Source of the DNA: Eubacteriales bacterium
Lineage (GTDB): Bacteria > Bacillota > Clostridia > Oscillospirales > CAG-272
Assembly (NCBI GenBank): GCA_045587445.1
Contig: JAZNCH010000002.1
Coordinates: 35,506-99,505, forward strand
Reading direction: 5' to 3'
DNA: 64,000 nt
A program made the translations under genes and the position numbers. The notes beneath the pieces are model-generated. The model ran no database searches, was not told where the DNA came from, and saw only the letters and a list, made by a program, of their open reading frames with translations. Shown piece by piece: positions 19,909-29,722 of this stretch. The stretch's first letter is position 1; each line of letters opens with the position of its first letter.

Positions 19909-21576
19909 ATGAAAGACAATACAAGACAAATCAGCTTTCTCTCTATTGCCTTTTTCGCTTCCCTTTTTTGCACAGGAATATTTCACGAATATCTTTCCTG
20001 CCTTATGTCATTATTCTTGGCATCGTGGCTTTTTGTTAACCATCTTCGCAAAAACAACACGGTTTTTTACTTAAACCTTACAACCGTTAGCTTTGTACTT
20101 ATTATTCTTTTTTATGGCTTGACTGCATTTTGGGCGGTAGATTCGGGTATGGCATTTATAGGCTTTTTAAAATATCTTCCTCTTTTACTTTTCGCAATAT
20201 CACTTATGCAAACAGAAGAAAAAGAGAATATGCTCTACCTTTTGCCCTATGCAGTTACTTTAATGACCGTATTGTCTGCCGGCTTAGCTCAAATACCGCT
20301 TCTTGATGACTATTTTCTCCTTGCGGGAAGACTCAGCGGTTTTCTGCAATATCCAAACACGTTTGCAATTCTCGTTTTAGTTGCCGAATTACTGCTTCTA
20401 AGCAAAGAAAAAATAAAGTACTATGACCTGATTTGTATTGCTCTGCTTGTTGTCGGTCTTATATATACAGGCAGCCGCACTGTATTGGTTATAGCAGTTA
20501 TTTCAAATATAACTACCGTTCTTTTTACAAAATCCAAAAGATTTATATTTTTCTCTATTCTTGCACTTCTTTCGGGCGGATTTATCGCAGTAGTTTTTTT
20601 AATTGCAACCGAAAACACTCATATCGTTGAACGATTACTGAATATTACATTTAAAGAAAGCACTTTTGTCGGCAGATTCCTTTATTACATTGATGCGTTG
20701 CCCGTTATACTGAAAAATCCATTCGGTATCGGTTATATGGGTTACTGCTATATGCAACCGTCTTTCCAAAGCGGTGTTTATTCTACGGCATTTATCCACA
20801 ACGATTTTTTACAGCTTATGTTAGATATAGGTTGGATTCCCTCGCTTTTATTTGGTTTCGTTATCTTAAAAAGAATTTTTGGAAAGTGTACAAGCAAAGC
20901 ACACAGAATTATTTTGTCAACGTTACTTTTACACAGTATGTTTGATTTTAATTTGCAGTTCTTATCGGTTTTCTTTATATACATTCTGTTTTTTGAAATT
21001 AATTCGGGAAAGAAATTCGATATATCGGGCAAAAAGTGGCTGATATGTGCTTTAACATCGGTTATAGCCTGCGTATCTCTTTATATGGGAACGTCGTTGT
21101 TGCTTTACAGAATTGGTCAGTATGATACGTCGTACGCTATGTATCCGTATAACCCTAATACCGAATCGGCTATTTTGATAAATTCAGAAGATATAGAAAC
21201 AGCCAACTCTATTGCAACAAAAACACAGAAAAGAAATAAGTATTTGTTACTTGCATACAGCGTGAAAGCTCGTTATTCCTACAGCAAAGGAGACTTTACA
21301 ACGCTTATAAAACTAAAAAACAAAACCTTTGAAATTGCACCATTCGTCTATGAAGAATACGAAGAATATGCACGTATGCTTATAAATGGCATAACTCACT
21401 ATAGACAGTCGGGTGATACACAAAACGAACAAATATGTATTGACGAGCTGAAAGCGATTCCAAAAAGGCTTGACGCTTTGAACGAAAAACTCAGCTCTCT
21501 CGGCAAAAAAATAAAAGACCAACCGCAAACACAATTACCCGAAGTACTACTTGAATACATTGAAAGTATAGAATGA
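19909..21576 (+). CDS. O-antigen ligase (Wzy_C)-like polytopic membrane protein with a soluble helical C-terminal domain
   Basis: About 10-12 TM helices and a YTGSRTVLV loop motif typical of O-antigen ligase/polymerase families. The last roughly 150 aa are soluble and TPR-like. Confidence 0.6.
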   Translation: MKDNTRQISFLSIAFFASLFCTGIFHEYLSCLMSLFLASWLFVNHLRKNNTVFYLNLTTVSFVLIILFYGLTAFWAVDSGMAFIGFLKYLPLLLFAISLMQTEEKENMLYLLPYAVTLMTVLSAGLAQIPLLDDYFLLAGRLSGFLQYPNTFAILVLVAELLLLSKEKIKYYDLICIALLVVGLIYTGSRTVLVIAVISNITTVLFTKSKRFIFFSILALLSGGFIAVVFLIATENTHIVERLLNITFKESTFVGRFLYYIDALPVILKNPFGIGYMGYCYMQPSFQSGVYSTAFIHNDFLQLMLDIGWIPSLLFGFVILKRIFGKCTSKAHRIILSTLLLHSMFDFNLQFLSVFFIYILFFEINSGKKFDISGKKWLICALTSVIACVSLYMGTSLLLYRIGQYDTSYAMYPYNPNTESAILINSEDIETANSIATKTQKRNKYLLLAYSVKARYSYSKGDFTTLIKLKNKTFEIAPFVYEEYEEYARMLINGITHYRQSGDTQNEQICIDELKAIPKRLDALNEKLSSLGKKIKDQPQTQLPEVLLEYIESIE

Positions 21577-21583
21577 AACAAAC

Positions 21584-21620
21584 AGAGCACACGATTTTCC
21601 GTGTGCTCTATGTTTTTCCA
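21584..21620. terminator. bidirectional terminator between the O-antigen-ligase-like gene and spoVS
   Basis: A 10-bp perfect stem, agagcacacg/cgtgtgctct, has A/T-rich flanks on both sides. Confidence 0.75.
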
Positions 21621-21628
21621 TAACAAAA

Positions 21629-21889
21629 TTATCTTATACTAACCTGAAGTTTAATCGCCGTTCTAACATCTTCATTTATTATTACCTCAGAAAAGTGGGG
21701 TATGCATACAAGCTCAATCCCCGAGGGAGCAAGGAATCCTCTCGCTATTGCAATAGCTTTTACCGCCTGATTAACGGCACCGGCGCCTACAGCCTGCAAT
21801 TCCGCTTCCTTCTGTTCGTTTATAACACCAGCCAAAGCTCCCGCAACCAAATTCGGATTTGACTTTGACGATACCTTCAAAATCTCCAT
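21629..21889 (-). CDS. spoVS: stage V sporulation protein S
   Basis: 86 aa. MEILKVSSKSNPNLVAGALAGV...AVNQAVKAIAIARGF is the highly conserved SpoVS sequence. Confidence 0.95.
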   Translation of the reverse strand: MEILKVSSKSNPNLVAGALAGVINEQKEAELQAVGAGAVNQAVKAIAIARGFLAPSGIELVCIPHFSEVIINEDVRTAIKLQVSIR

Positions 21890-22050
21890 ATAATATATTC
21901 TCGCTTTCGTTTCTTAAATTAGTACGTATATATGTAAACAAAGTTATCTTCATCTATAAAACGTAACTATTACATTATATGGTATCACATTGTGTTTTGC
22001 AAAGCGTTTTGTGTTTTTTTAAAAAAACTTGCAAAAGTTAAAAAGTGAGG

Positions 22051-22830
22051 TCAAAACCTCACTCTTTTTATTGTTTTTGCCTTTATTGCTTGATTTCCCG
22101 ACGTGTCAAACTCAAATATGACCCCGTTATACTCAATATCTCCGTCTGCAAACTCAAAGCGAAGAGGCATTTTCGTTCTCATCTTTTCAATTATTATTTC
22201 GGATTTTACTCCTAAAATAGAATTTTGCGGACCGCACATGCCAAGGTCGGTTATATATGCAGTTCCCTGCGGTAAAATTTGCTCATCTGCCGTTTGAACA
22301 TGGGTGTGTGTACCGAATATTCCGCTTATTCTGCCGTCAAAATATCTTGCCAAGGCGTATTTTTCTCCGGTAGCCTCTGCGTGTATATCAAGTAAGCTTA
22401 TATCATACTTCCCTTTTTGACTTTCGAGACACTTTTCAACAGTTTTGAACGGACAATCAAGACTCTCCATATATACCGTCCCCGATACGTTCATAACAAG
22501 CACACGATAACCGTCGCAGTCGGCTATAGTATATCCGTTACCCGCGCATTCTCCGGGAAAATTCATTGGTCTGACTATATTTTTGCTTAATTCTAAAAAT
22601 GGACGGAGTGAATTTTTTTGCCATATATGGTTTCCTCCCGTTATAACGTCAACGCCGTAATCAAGCAACATTTGCGCAGCATCCGCCTCAAGTCCGTTTC
22701 CGCGACTTGCGTTCTCGCCGTTTGCCACCACAAAATTTATCTTTTCTCTCTTTCTGTAGTCCCAGAGCTTCGTTTTTAGCCCTTCGACCGCCCCCGGACT
22801 TACTATGTCGCCCAATGCCAAAATTTTCAT
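22051..22830 (-). CDS. ymdB: YmdB-type metallophosphoesterase (2',3'-cyclic-nucleotide 2'-phosphodiesterase, TIGR00282)
   Basis: The internal ATG at 22830 gives MKILALGDIVSPGAV, the typical family N-terminus. It follows rny as in Bacillus. Confidence 0.85.
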   Translation of the reverse strand: MKILALGDIVSPGAVEGLKTKLWDYRKREKINFVVANGENASRGNGLEADAAQMLLDYGVDVITGGNHIWQKNSLRPFLELSKNIVRPMNFPGECAGNGYTIADCDGYRVLVMNVSGTVYMESLDCPFKTVEKCLESQKGKYDISLLDIHAEATGEKYALARYFDGRISGIFGTHTHVQTADEQILPQGTAYITDLGMCGPQNSILGVKSEIIIEKMRTKMPLRFEFADGDIEYNGVIFEFDTSGNQAIKAKTIKRVRF

Positions 22831-23020
22831 TTTTTCTACCTTTCTATTATATGGACATTTTGCCATATATAACAATATCACAATCCGTATGTTTTATCCA
22901 TACGGACTGTGATACTGTAAAATTCATATAAATATATATCAAACGGTATACCCGTTTATTCGTTTCGAATTTGTTCTATATAAATATATGTGAAAATTGT
23001 GTCTACCACAATGATGAAGA

Positions 23021-24565
23021 TTACTTCGCATACTCGATAGCACGGTTTTCTCTAATTACGTGAATCTTGATCTGACCGGGATATTCAAGATTTTCTTCAA
23101 TCTTCTTTACTACATCCCTTGCTATAAGTACCATCTGCTCGTCATTCACTTCGTTGGGTTTAACCATTATACGAACCTCGCGGCCTGCCTGAATTGCATA
23201 AGACTTTTCAACACCGTTGAAGCTGTTTGCAATTTCTTCAAGCTTCTGAAGTCTCTTGATGTAATTTTCAAGGTCTTCGCGGCGAGCTCCCGGTCTTGCC
23301 GCAGATATTGCATCTGCCGCCTGTACTATCATCGCTATAATAGTACGTGGTTCAACGTCGTTGTGATGAGCCTCGATAGCGTGAATAATTTCTTTATTTT
23401 CTTTGTACTTCTTGGCGAGATCAACTCCCAATTGAACGTGTGAACCTTCAACCTCTTGTGTAAGTACCTTACCAATGTCGTGGAGCAAGCCCGCTCTCTT
23501 TGCAAGAGTGCTGTCTACGCCAATCTCATCAGCTATCATACCGGAAAGATGAGCAACCTCAATGGAGTGGCGGAGTACGTTCTGTCCGTAGCTTGTACGG
23601 TATTTGAGTCTACCGAGCAGCTTAACAAGTTCGTTGTTAAGTCCATGAACTCCTGTCTCAAATATCGCCTTTTCTCCCGCCTGCTTAATGGTGTTATCTA
23701 CTTCCTTACGAGCCTTTTCTACCGTTTCCTCAATTCTTGCAGGATGTATTCTTCCGTCGGAAATGAGTTTTTCCAGCGTAATTCTCGCAATTTCTCTTCT
23801 GATCGGGTCAAATCCCGAAAGGGTTATCGCTTCAGGGGTATCATCTATTATAAGATCAACTCCCGTAAGCGTCTCAATCGCACGAATGTTTCTGCCTTCT
23901 CGACCTATAATTCTTCCCTTCATATCGTCATTGGGAAGAGGAACAACGGATACCGTAGTTTCGGATACATGGTCTGCCGCGCATCTCTGAATTGCAAGTG
24001 AAATAATATTTCTCGCCTTGTCGTCAGCCTCTTCTTTAAGCTGATTTTCGATCTCAACGATTCTCTGCGCCGCTTCGTGTTTAACCTCGTCTTCAATACG
24101 CTGTACAAGCTCTTTCTTTGCTTCGGCAGCGCTTATACCGGCAATCTGCTCGAGCTTTTCAAGCTGTTGTACTCGCAATTCATCGAGGCGTTCCTTTAAT
24201 TCTTCGTTTTCCTTAATCTTGCGGTTTAACTGTTCGTCTTTTTTCTCTAAAGCTTCTGTTTTGCGTTCAAGAGTTTCTTCCTTTGTTACTGCACGGCGTT
24301 CAAGTCTGGAAACTTCATTTCTTCTCTCCTTTATCTCACGCTCAAGCTCATTTCTGGAACGAAGTATCTCTTCTTTTGCTTCAATAAGAGCTTCTTTCTT
24401 TTTGGTTTCAGCCACCTTTTCTGCTTCATTTACAATATTCTTGGCTCTTTCTTCTGCCAAGCCTATCTTAGCTTCGGTAACTTTTTTGCGATATGCAATA
24501 CCCAAAACCATTCCGACAGCAATACCGACTGCAAGGGCAACGATTGCAACTATAGCTTCAATCAT
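23021..24565 (-). CDS. rny: ribonuclease Y
   Basis: 514 aa. It has an N-terminal TM helix, a Lys/Glu coiled coil, a KH domain ([13 protein letters not shown]) and an HD domain (LLHDIGK). Confidence 0.95.
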   Translation of the reverse strand: MIEAIVAIVALAVGIAVGMVLGIAYRKKVTEAKIGLAEERAKNIVNEAEKVAETKKKEALIEAKEEILRSRNELEREIKERRNEVSRLERRAVTKEETLERKTEALEKKDEQLNRKIKENEELKERLDELRVQQLEKLEQIAGISAAEAKKELVQRIEDEVKHEAAQRIVEIENQLKEEADDKARNIISLAIQRCAADHVSETTVSVVPLPNDDMKGRIIGREGRNIRAIETLTGVDLIIDDTPEAITLSGFDPIRREIARITLEKLISDGRIHPARIEETVEKARKEVDNTIKQAGEKAIFETGVHGLNNELVKLLGRLKYRTSYGQNVLRHSIEVAHLSGMIADEIGVDSTLAKRAGLLHDIGKVLTQEVEGSHVQLGVDLAKKYKENKEIIHAIEAHHNDVEPRTIIAMIVQAADAISAARPGARREDLENYIKRLQKLEEIANSFNGVEKSYAIQAGREVRIMVKPNEVNDEQMVLIARDVVKKIEENLEYPGQIKIHVIRENRAIEYAK

Positions 24566-24591
24566 AGCAGTGCACCTCCTTAGTCAATATT

Positions 24592-24690
24592 TTATTTTTT
24601 ACAAGCAAATATAATTATAATACCAACAACACCCAAAACAGCAGCCACCGCCGAGCCTACAATAAGCATACCAACTATACTGATTGCCAT
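24592..24690 (-). CDS. unannotated 32-aa hydrophobic micro-ORF upstream of rny
   Basis: It is below the ORF-track length cut-off. My translation is MAISIVGMLIVGSAVAAVLGVVGIIIIFACKK. GGAGG lies 7 nt before the ATG, and the stop is 26 nt before the rny start. A consensus promoter sits about 60 nt upstream. Confidence 0.5.
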   Translation of the reverse strand: MAISIVGMLIVGSAVAAVLGVVGIIIIFACKK

Positions 24691-24753
24691 ACTCAAACCT
24701 CCACTGTATTCAGGTATTGTATATTAAACACAACATTTACCCATATTACATAT

Positions 24754-24782
24754 ATTTTATACTATAAGAAGCAATATGTCAA
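24754..24782 (-). promoter_or_regulatory. sigma-A-type promoter (TTGACA-17-TAAAAT on the minus strand) for the micro-ORF and rny
   Basis: The reverse complement reads TTGACAtattgcttcttatagtaTAAAAT. It lies about 60 nt upstream of the micro-ORF ATG. Confidence 0.6.
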
Positions 24783-24925
24783 TAAAATTCCAAAGAAAAA
24801 TTATATTTACGTATGCAATTCTGCTAAATACGTGAAAATACACAACTTGCTCGCTGTATATGTCAAAAATTTTGAATATTTATTGAACAATTTTACCAAA
24901 AAAGTATATTATGCACAAAATCCAC

Positions 24926-24954
24926 TTGACACAAAACGAATTTATTGGTAAAAT
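24926..24954 (+). promoter_or_regulatory. sigma-A-type promoter (TTGACA-17-TAAAAT) of the solute-binding lipoprotein gene
   Basis: Hexamers and 17-bp spacing read directly from the sequence. Confidence 0.55.
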
Positions 24955-25018
24955 CACAATAAGAATAATAAGTTTTTTGACTTTTATCAATTTAAGCAAA
25001 TTAATCCAGGGAGGCACT

Positions 25019-26479
25019 ATGAAAAAAGCTTTTTCAAAAATTTTAGCATTGGTTTTAGCACTTATTATGCTCCTTTCCATGCTTGTTGCATGCGGCGGTA
25101 ATTCAGATCCAAAAAACAAGGACGAAGAAGAAATAAAGGGAACTGCCGAAAACCCCAATCTTCCCGCAAAAGATTACGGGGAATATGAGTTTACGTTTAT
25201 TACAAACGAAGGCGGCGCATACAACACCAGATATATTGTTTCGGAAGGCGAAGACGGAGAGATTCTTGACTCTGCTATTGCAAAAAGAAACTCTATTATT
25301 GAAGAGAAATACAACATTAAGATTCGTCAGTTCAAGGTTTCCGAAATTCTTACAACTGTAAGAACACAAATTATGGGCGGCGCTTGCGAATTTGACGCTA
25401 TTCTTGCTTCATGTTCAAATCTTTCGACAATGGCTCAGGAAAATCTGCTTTTGAACCTGCTTGATATTGAGACTTTTAATTGGGATAAATCTTATTGGGA
25501 CAGCAACTCAAAAGACCAGCTTATGATAGGCAACAAGTTGTTTTTTGCAAACTGTGCTCTCAATATACACACCATAGGATTCTGCGTATTTTTTAATAAA
25601 AAGTTAGTTGAAGACTTCCAGCTTGCAGACCCATATGAACTTATGAAAAAGAACGAGTGGACCATTGATAATTGGGCAAATATGGTTAATTCCATTTCCG
25701 TAGATGTTGACCAAGACGGACACATGACAGAATTTGATATGTACGGAACACTTACAGAGCACCATAATCCAAGAATGTTCCTTTATGCATCGGGACTCAG
25801 AGCGACAACCAACGATGAGACTGGATACCCTCAGTTAACGCTTATGCAAAACGGCGATAAGACTGTAACCCTCTATGAAAAGCTGAAGCAAGTATTTACA
25901 GATACATCGCATTCATACTGCATGGATTGCTCGAGCGTAAAATTTGACAGTGAACAGTATCCTCACAAGTACTCATATCTACGTTATTTGTTTACACAAG
26001 ATTTGTACTTGTTCCATTATACCAGCGAGGGCTCTCTTGTGGAATTTGCAGATATGGTAAGCGAATTTGGTGTTCTTCCGTTCCCAAAATATGACGAACA
26101 CCAAGACGGATATAAAACGATATATCCTTATAACAATAACCTCCTTGCGCTTCCCAACATACAGGATAATTTGGACCGTACAGCAGCTATAATTGAAGAT
26201 ATGAATTACGTTTCCAGCTTTACCGTTGTTCCGACATGGTTTGAAACACTTCTTACGAGAAGATATGTAAGAGATGACGAATCCGAAGAAACTTTACATA
26301 TTCTCCGCAATAACTGCGTATATGATATAGGTCTTTACTACAATTTTGGCAACCTCCGTTCAGAAATACTCGACGTTAACCCAATGCAGTCAAATATTTC
26401 CAGAAACTACGCAAGATTTGAAAAATCTGTAAAAGCAGCTATCAAGAAGATTTACTCGGACTTTGACGAATTTAAATAA
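25019..26479 (+). CDS. extracellular solute-binding lipoprotein (ABC-type, sugar-binding-like), orphan
   Basis: ATG 25019 follows GGGAGG. The signal peptide and lipobox read MKKAFSKILALVLALIMLLSMLVAC-GG. The roughly 487-aa size fits large family-1 SBPs. Confidence 0.55.
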   Translation: MKKAFSKILALVLALIMLLSMLVACGGNSDPKNKDEEEIKGTAENPNLPAKDYGEYEFTFITNEGGAYNTRYIVSEGEDGEILDSAIAKRNSIIEEKYNIKIRQFKVSEILTTVRTQIMGGACEFDAILASCSNLSTMAQENLLLNLLDIETFNWDKSYWDSNSKDQLMIGNKLFFANCALNIHTIGFCVFFNKKLVEDFQLADPYELMKKNEWTIDNWANMVNSISVDVDQDGHMTEFDMYGTLTEHHNPRMFLYASGLRATTNDETGYPQLTLMQNGDKTVTLYEKLKQVFTDTSHSYCMDCSSVKFDSEQYPHKYSYLRYLFTQDLYLFHYTSEGSLVEFADMVSEFGVLPFPKYDEHQDGYKTIYPYNNNLLALPNIQDNLDRTAAIIEDMNYVSSFTVVPTWFETLLTRRYVRDDESEETLHILRNNCVYDIGLYYNFGNLRSEILDVNPMQSNISRNYARFEKSVKAAIKKIYSDFDEFK

Positions 26480-26497
26480 TACCAAACAATAACGCAA

Positions 26498-26533
26498 CAA
26501 GCCTTTTCCAATTGGGGAAAGGCTTGTTTTTTT
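26498..26533 (+). terminator. intrinsic terminator after the solute-binding lipoprotein gene
   Basis: The stem caagccttttcc/gg(gg)aaaggcttg is followed by T7. Confidence 0.8.
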
Positions 26534-26770
26534 GCCTCTATGCATTTATTAAAACTACCCCAAAAGCCTTTTTTACAATCACTTTTATGTAAAATTTATC
26601 ATTTTATCTATACTTTTGTTGAACAAAAAATATTTATTTGGCTTAACAAACCAACTTTTTGGTCAATAATTGTATACACGCAAAAAAATGCCCCTATTAC
26701 TTTTATGAAAATCGGGTGATAAAATATAGTACAAAAAACTTTTTATATATTACGGAAAGCAGGTAATACA

Positions 26771-28027
26771 ATGGTTATAAAAAGCGAACGGGGAATTAAC
26801 GATATTGAGCTTTTGGAAGCCATAAAAAAGTCGATAGAAAATAAAAAACTTAAGAATGTTTTGCTTCTGCCCCCCGACCACACAAGACTTTATTCGGGCG
26901 CGGGTAAAATCTGCTCTATGTATTACAACTTGCTGAAAGACACTTGCAAAATTGATATAATGCCCGCCCTCGGCACACACGAACCTATGTCCGAAGCGGA
27001 ATGTAAAATATTTTTCGGCGAAGATATTCCTTATTCAAAGTTTTTGGCTCACAACTGGAAAACCGACGTTGTAAAGCTCGGTGAAGTTCCCGCCGAATTT
27101 GTTTCCGAGGTTTCCGAAGGGCTTGTTAACACCAAAATTGACGTCGAAGTAAACAAGTGCCTCATTTCCGGAAAATACGACCTTATAATATCCATGGGGC
27201 AGGTCGTCCCCCACGAGGTTGTCGGTATGGCAAACTATTCAAAAAACATCTTTGTCGGCTGCGGCGGGAGCTCTATGATAAACAGCTCTCATATGCTTGG
27301 TGCATTCTACGGTATGGAACGCATTATGGGAAAAGACTTCTCACCCGTACGTAAAGTTTTTGACTATGCCGAAGAAAACTTTATTCAAAACATACCTTTG
27401 ATGTACGTTCTCACAGTTACCACTAACGTGGGCGACGACGTACACATTCACGGACTCTTCATCGGCAGAGAAAGAAAACTCTTTGAAGAAGCTGTTGCTC
27501 TAAGCCAGAAAAAGAATCTTAACTACCTTGACACCCCCTTAAAAAAAGTTGTCGTATATCTTGACGGCAGAGAATTCAAGAGCACTTGGCTCGGAAACAA
27601 ATCCGTTTACAGAACAAGAATGGCTATTGCCGACGGCGGTGAGCTTATCGTTCTTGCTCCCGAAGTTGCAAAATTCGGTGAAGACAGCGAAAACGACAGA
27701 CTTATCAGAAAATACGGTTATGTCGGCAGAGAAAGAATACTTGAGCTCGTTAACAAGAACGAAGATTTGGCAAACAATCTTTCTACGGCAGCTCACCTTA
27801 TACACGGTTCTTCAGACGGCAGATTTAGCATAACCTACTGCACACGTAAGATTACAAAAGAAGAGGTCGAGGGTGTAAACTTCAAATATATTCCCTACGA
27901 AGAAGCGGCTAAAAAATACGATATTACAAAGCTCGTTGACGGTTACAACACGGTTGACGGCGAAGAAATATTTTATATAAGCAATCCCGCTTTGGGACTG
28001 TGGGTAACAAAGGACAGGATACAGTAA
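26771..28027 (+). CDS. LarA-like (DUF2088) putative nickel-pincer-dependent hydroxyacid racemase/epimerase
   Basis: 418 aa. PPDHTR, ALGTHEPMS and VVPHEVVGMANYSK parallel the LarA motifs SDHTR, ATGFHRPST and ESHFFAGFSGGRK (two catalytic His plus the cofactor Lys). The comparison is from memory. Confidence 0.55.
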   Translation: MVIKSERGINDIELLEAIKKSIENKKLKNVLLLPPDHTRLYSGAGKICSMYYNLLKDTCKIDIMPALGTHEPMSEAECKIFFGEDIPYSKFLAHNWKTDVVKLGEVPAEFVSEVSEGLVNTKIDVEVNKCLISGKYDLIISMGQVVPHEVVGMANYSKNIFVGCGGSSMINSSHMLGAFYGMERIMGKDFSPVRKVFDYAEENFIQNIPLMYVLTVTTNVGDDVHIHGLFIGRERKLFEEAVALSQKKNLNYLDTPLKKVVVYLDGREFKSTWLGNKSVYRTRMAIADGGELIVLAPEVAKFGEDSENDRLIRKYGYVGRERILELVNKNEDLANNLSTAAHLIHGSSDGRFSITYCTRKITKEEVEGVNFKYIPYEEAAKKYDITKLVDGYNTVDGEEIFYISNPALGLWVTKDRIQ

Positions 28028-28178
28028 TGAACTACATCGACCTTCACACACACTCTTATTATTCCGACGGCTCAATGACACCGATTTTCACGGTGCAAAC
28101 AAACCGCAGATAAAAATCGGAGTAGGCTACGGCAACCTCAAAATTCCATACGAATTACTTGAGAAAATAAAACAGTAA
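28027..28178 (+). pseudogene. remnant of a PHP-domain phosphoesterase gene
   Basis: The ATG overlaps the upstream stop (TAATG). MNYIDLHTHSYYSDGSMTP is the PHP N-terminal HxH motif, but a stop occurs after 28 codons. A second short frame, ...GYGNLKIPYELLEKIKQ*, ends at 28178. Confidence 0.5.
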
Positions 28179-28234
28179 TTTTTTAATTTATAATATAGTT
28201 ACCGTAAAAAATAACGACAGAACGGAGAATAAAA

Positions 28235-29686
28235 ATGAAAAAATCAGACATTGGATTGATAGGTCTTGCCGTAATGGGCGAAAACCTCGTTATAAATATG
28301 GAAAGTCATGGCTTTACAGTCTCGGTTTACAACCGTACTACCGAAAAAGTAAAAAGCTTTGTTGAAGGCAGAGCAAAGGACAAAAACATTGTAGGAACAT
28401 ACAGCCTCAAGGAGCTTGTTGCTTCTCTCGAAAAGCCTCGTAAGGTTATGATGATGATTAAGGCGGGAAGTGCCGTTGACACTACCATAGAATCCCTTAT
28501 TCCCCTGCTTGAAGAAGGCGACATTATTATTGACGGCGGGAACTCACATTTTCCCGATACCGCTCGCAGAACTGCGTACGTTGAATCAAAAGGTCTCCTT
28601 TACATCGGTACCGGCGTTTCCGGCGGTGAAGAAGGCGCACTCAAAGGCCCAAGCATGATGCCCGGCGGTTCTCCTGCCGCTTGGGAATCTGTTAAGCCCA
28701 TATTCCAGGCAATTTGCGCAAAAGTTAAAGACGGCTCACCTTGTTGCGACTGGGTTGGCGAAAACGGTGCAGGTCATTTTGTAAAAATGGTTCACAACGG
28801 TATTGAATACGGCGATATGCAGCTTATTTGCGAAGCATATCACCTTATGCACGATTATCTCGGTCTTTCTGCAGACGAAATGCACGAAATATTCACAGAA
28901 TATAACAAGGGCGAACTCGACAGCTATCTTATAGAAATCACACGCGATATTCTCGGTTACAAGGATACAGACGGCTCTGCTATCGTTGAAAAGATTCTCG
29001 ATACTGCAGGTCAAAAGGGAACGGGGAAGTGGACAGTTATCGCTGCTCTCGACGAAGGCGTTCCGTTGACACTTATCGGAGAAGCTGTTTTCTCACGTTG
29101 TCTCTCCGCCATCAAGGAAGAGCGTGTTGAAGCTTCTAAAGTTTTAACCGGTCCTACACCTAAATTTGAAGGCGACAAGGCTCAGTTTATTTCTGATATT
29201 AAAGACGCCCTATTCGCAGCAAAAATAGTTTCTTACGCTCAGGGTTACACACTTATGCTGGCGGCCGCTAAAACATACGGCTGGAACCTAAACTACGGCG
29301 GTATCGCTCTTATGTGGCGTGGCGGCTGTATCATCAGAAGCGTATTCCTCGGCAAGATTAAAGAAGCATTTGACAACAATCCAGCACTTACAAACCTTCT
29401 TCTTGCCCCCTACTTCAAAAGCGTTATGAATAAGGCTCAAGCTGGTTGGAGACGCGTATGTGCAGCAGCTATTGCAAACGGTATTCCCGCACCCGCTATG
29501 ACAACAGCGCTTTCTTACTATGACGGTTACCGTTGCGAGAGACTTCCCGCAAACTTACTTCAGGCTCAGAGAGACTACTTCGGTGCACACACCTATGAAA
29601 GAGTTGACGCTCCTCGCGGTCAGTTCTTCCACACTAACTGGACAGGTGAAGGCGGCGACACGGCAGCTTCCAACTACGTGGTCTAA
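28235..29686 (+). CDS. gnd: 6-phosphogluconate dehydrogenase (decarboxylating)
   Basis: 483 aa with IGLIGLAVMGENL, and GAGHFVKMVHNGIEYGDMQLI is the 6PGDH signature. Confidence 0.95.
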   Translation: MKKSDIGLIGLAVMGENLVINMESHGFTVSVYNRTTEKVKSFVEGRAKDKNIVGTYSLKELVASLEKPRKVMMMIKAGSAVDTTIESLIPLLEEGDIIIDGGNSHFPDTARRTAYVESKGLLYIGTGVSGGEEGALKGPSMMPGGSPAAWESVKPIFQAICAKVKDGSPCCDWVGENGAGHFVKMVHNGIEYGDMQLICEAYHLMHDYLGLSADEMHEIFTEYNKGELDSYLIEITRDILGYKDTDGSAIVEKILDTAGQKGTGKWTVIAALDEGVPLTLIGEAVFSRCLSAIKEERVEASKVLTGPTPKFEGDKAQFISDIKDALFAAKIVSYAQGYTLMLAAAKTYGWNLNYGGIALMWRGGCIIRSVFLGKIKEAFDNNPALTNLLLAPYFKSVMNKAQAGWRRVCAAAIANGIPAPAMTTALSYYDGYRCERLPANLLQAQRDYFGAHTYERVDAPRGQFFHTNWTGEGGDTAASNYVV

Positions 29687-29722
29687 TATTACTTCAATAA
29701 ATCTAACAATTGGGGAAAGATA

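Noticed and set aside
18523-19986. Long minus-strand ORFs (214 aa and 267 aa) opposite ackA.
   Set aside because: They lie entirely antisense to a confidently identified gene. They have no RBS, a low-complexity Cys/Val/Phe-rich composition and no recognisable motifs. They are typical shadow ORFs.
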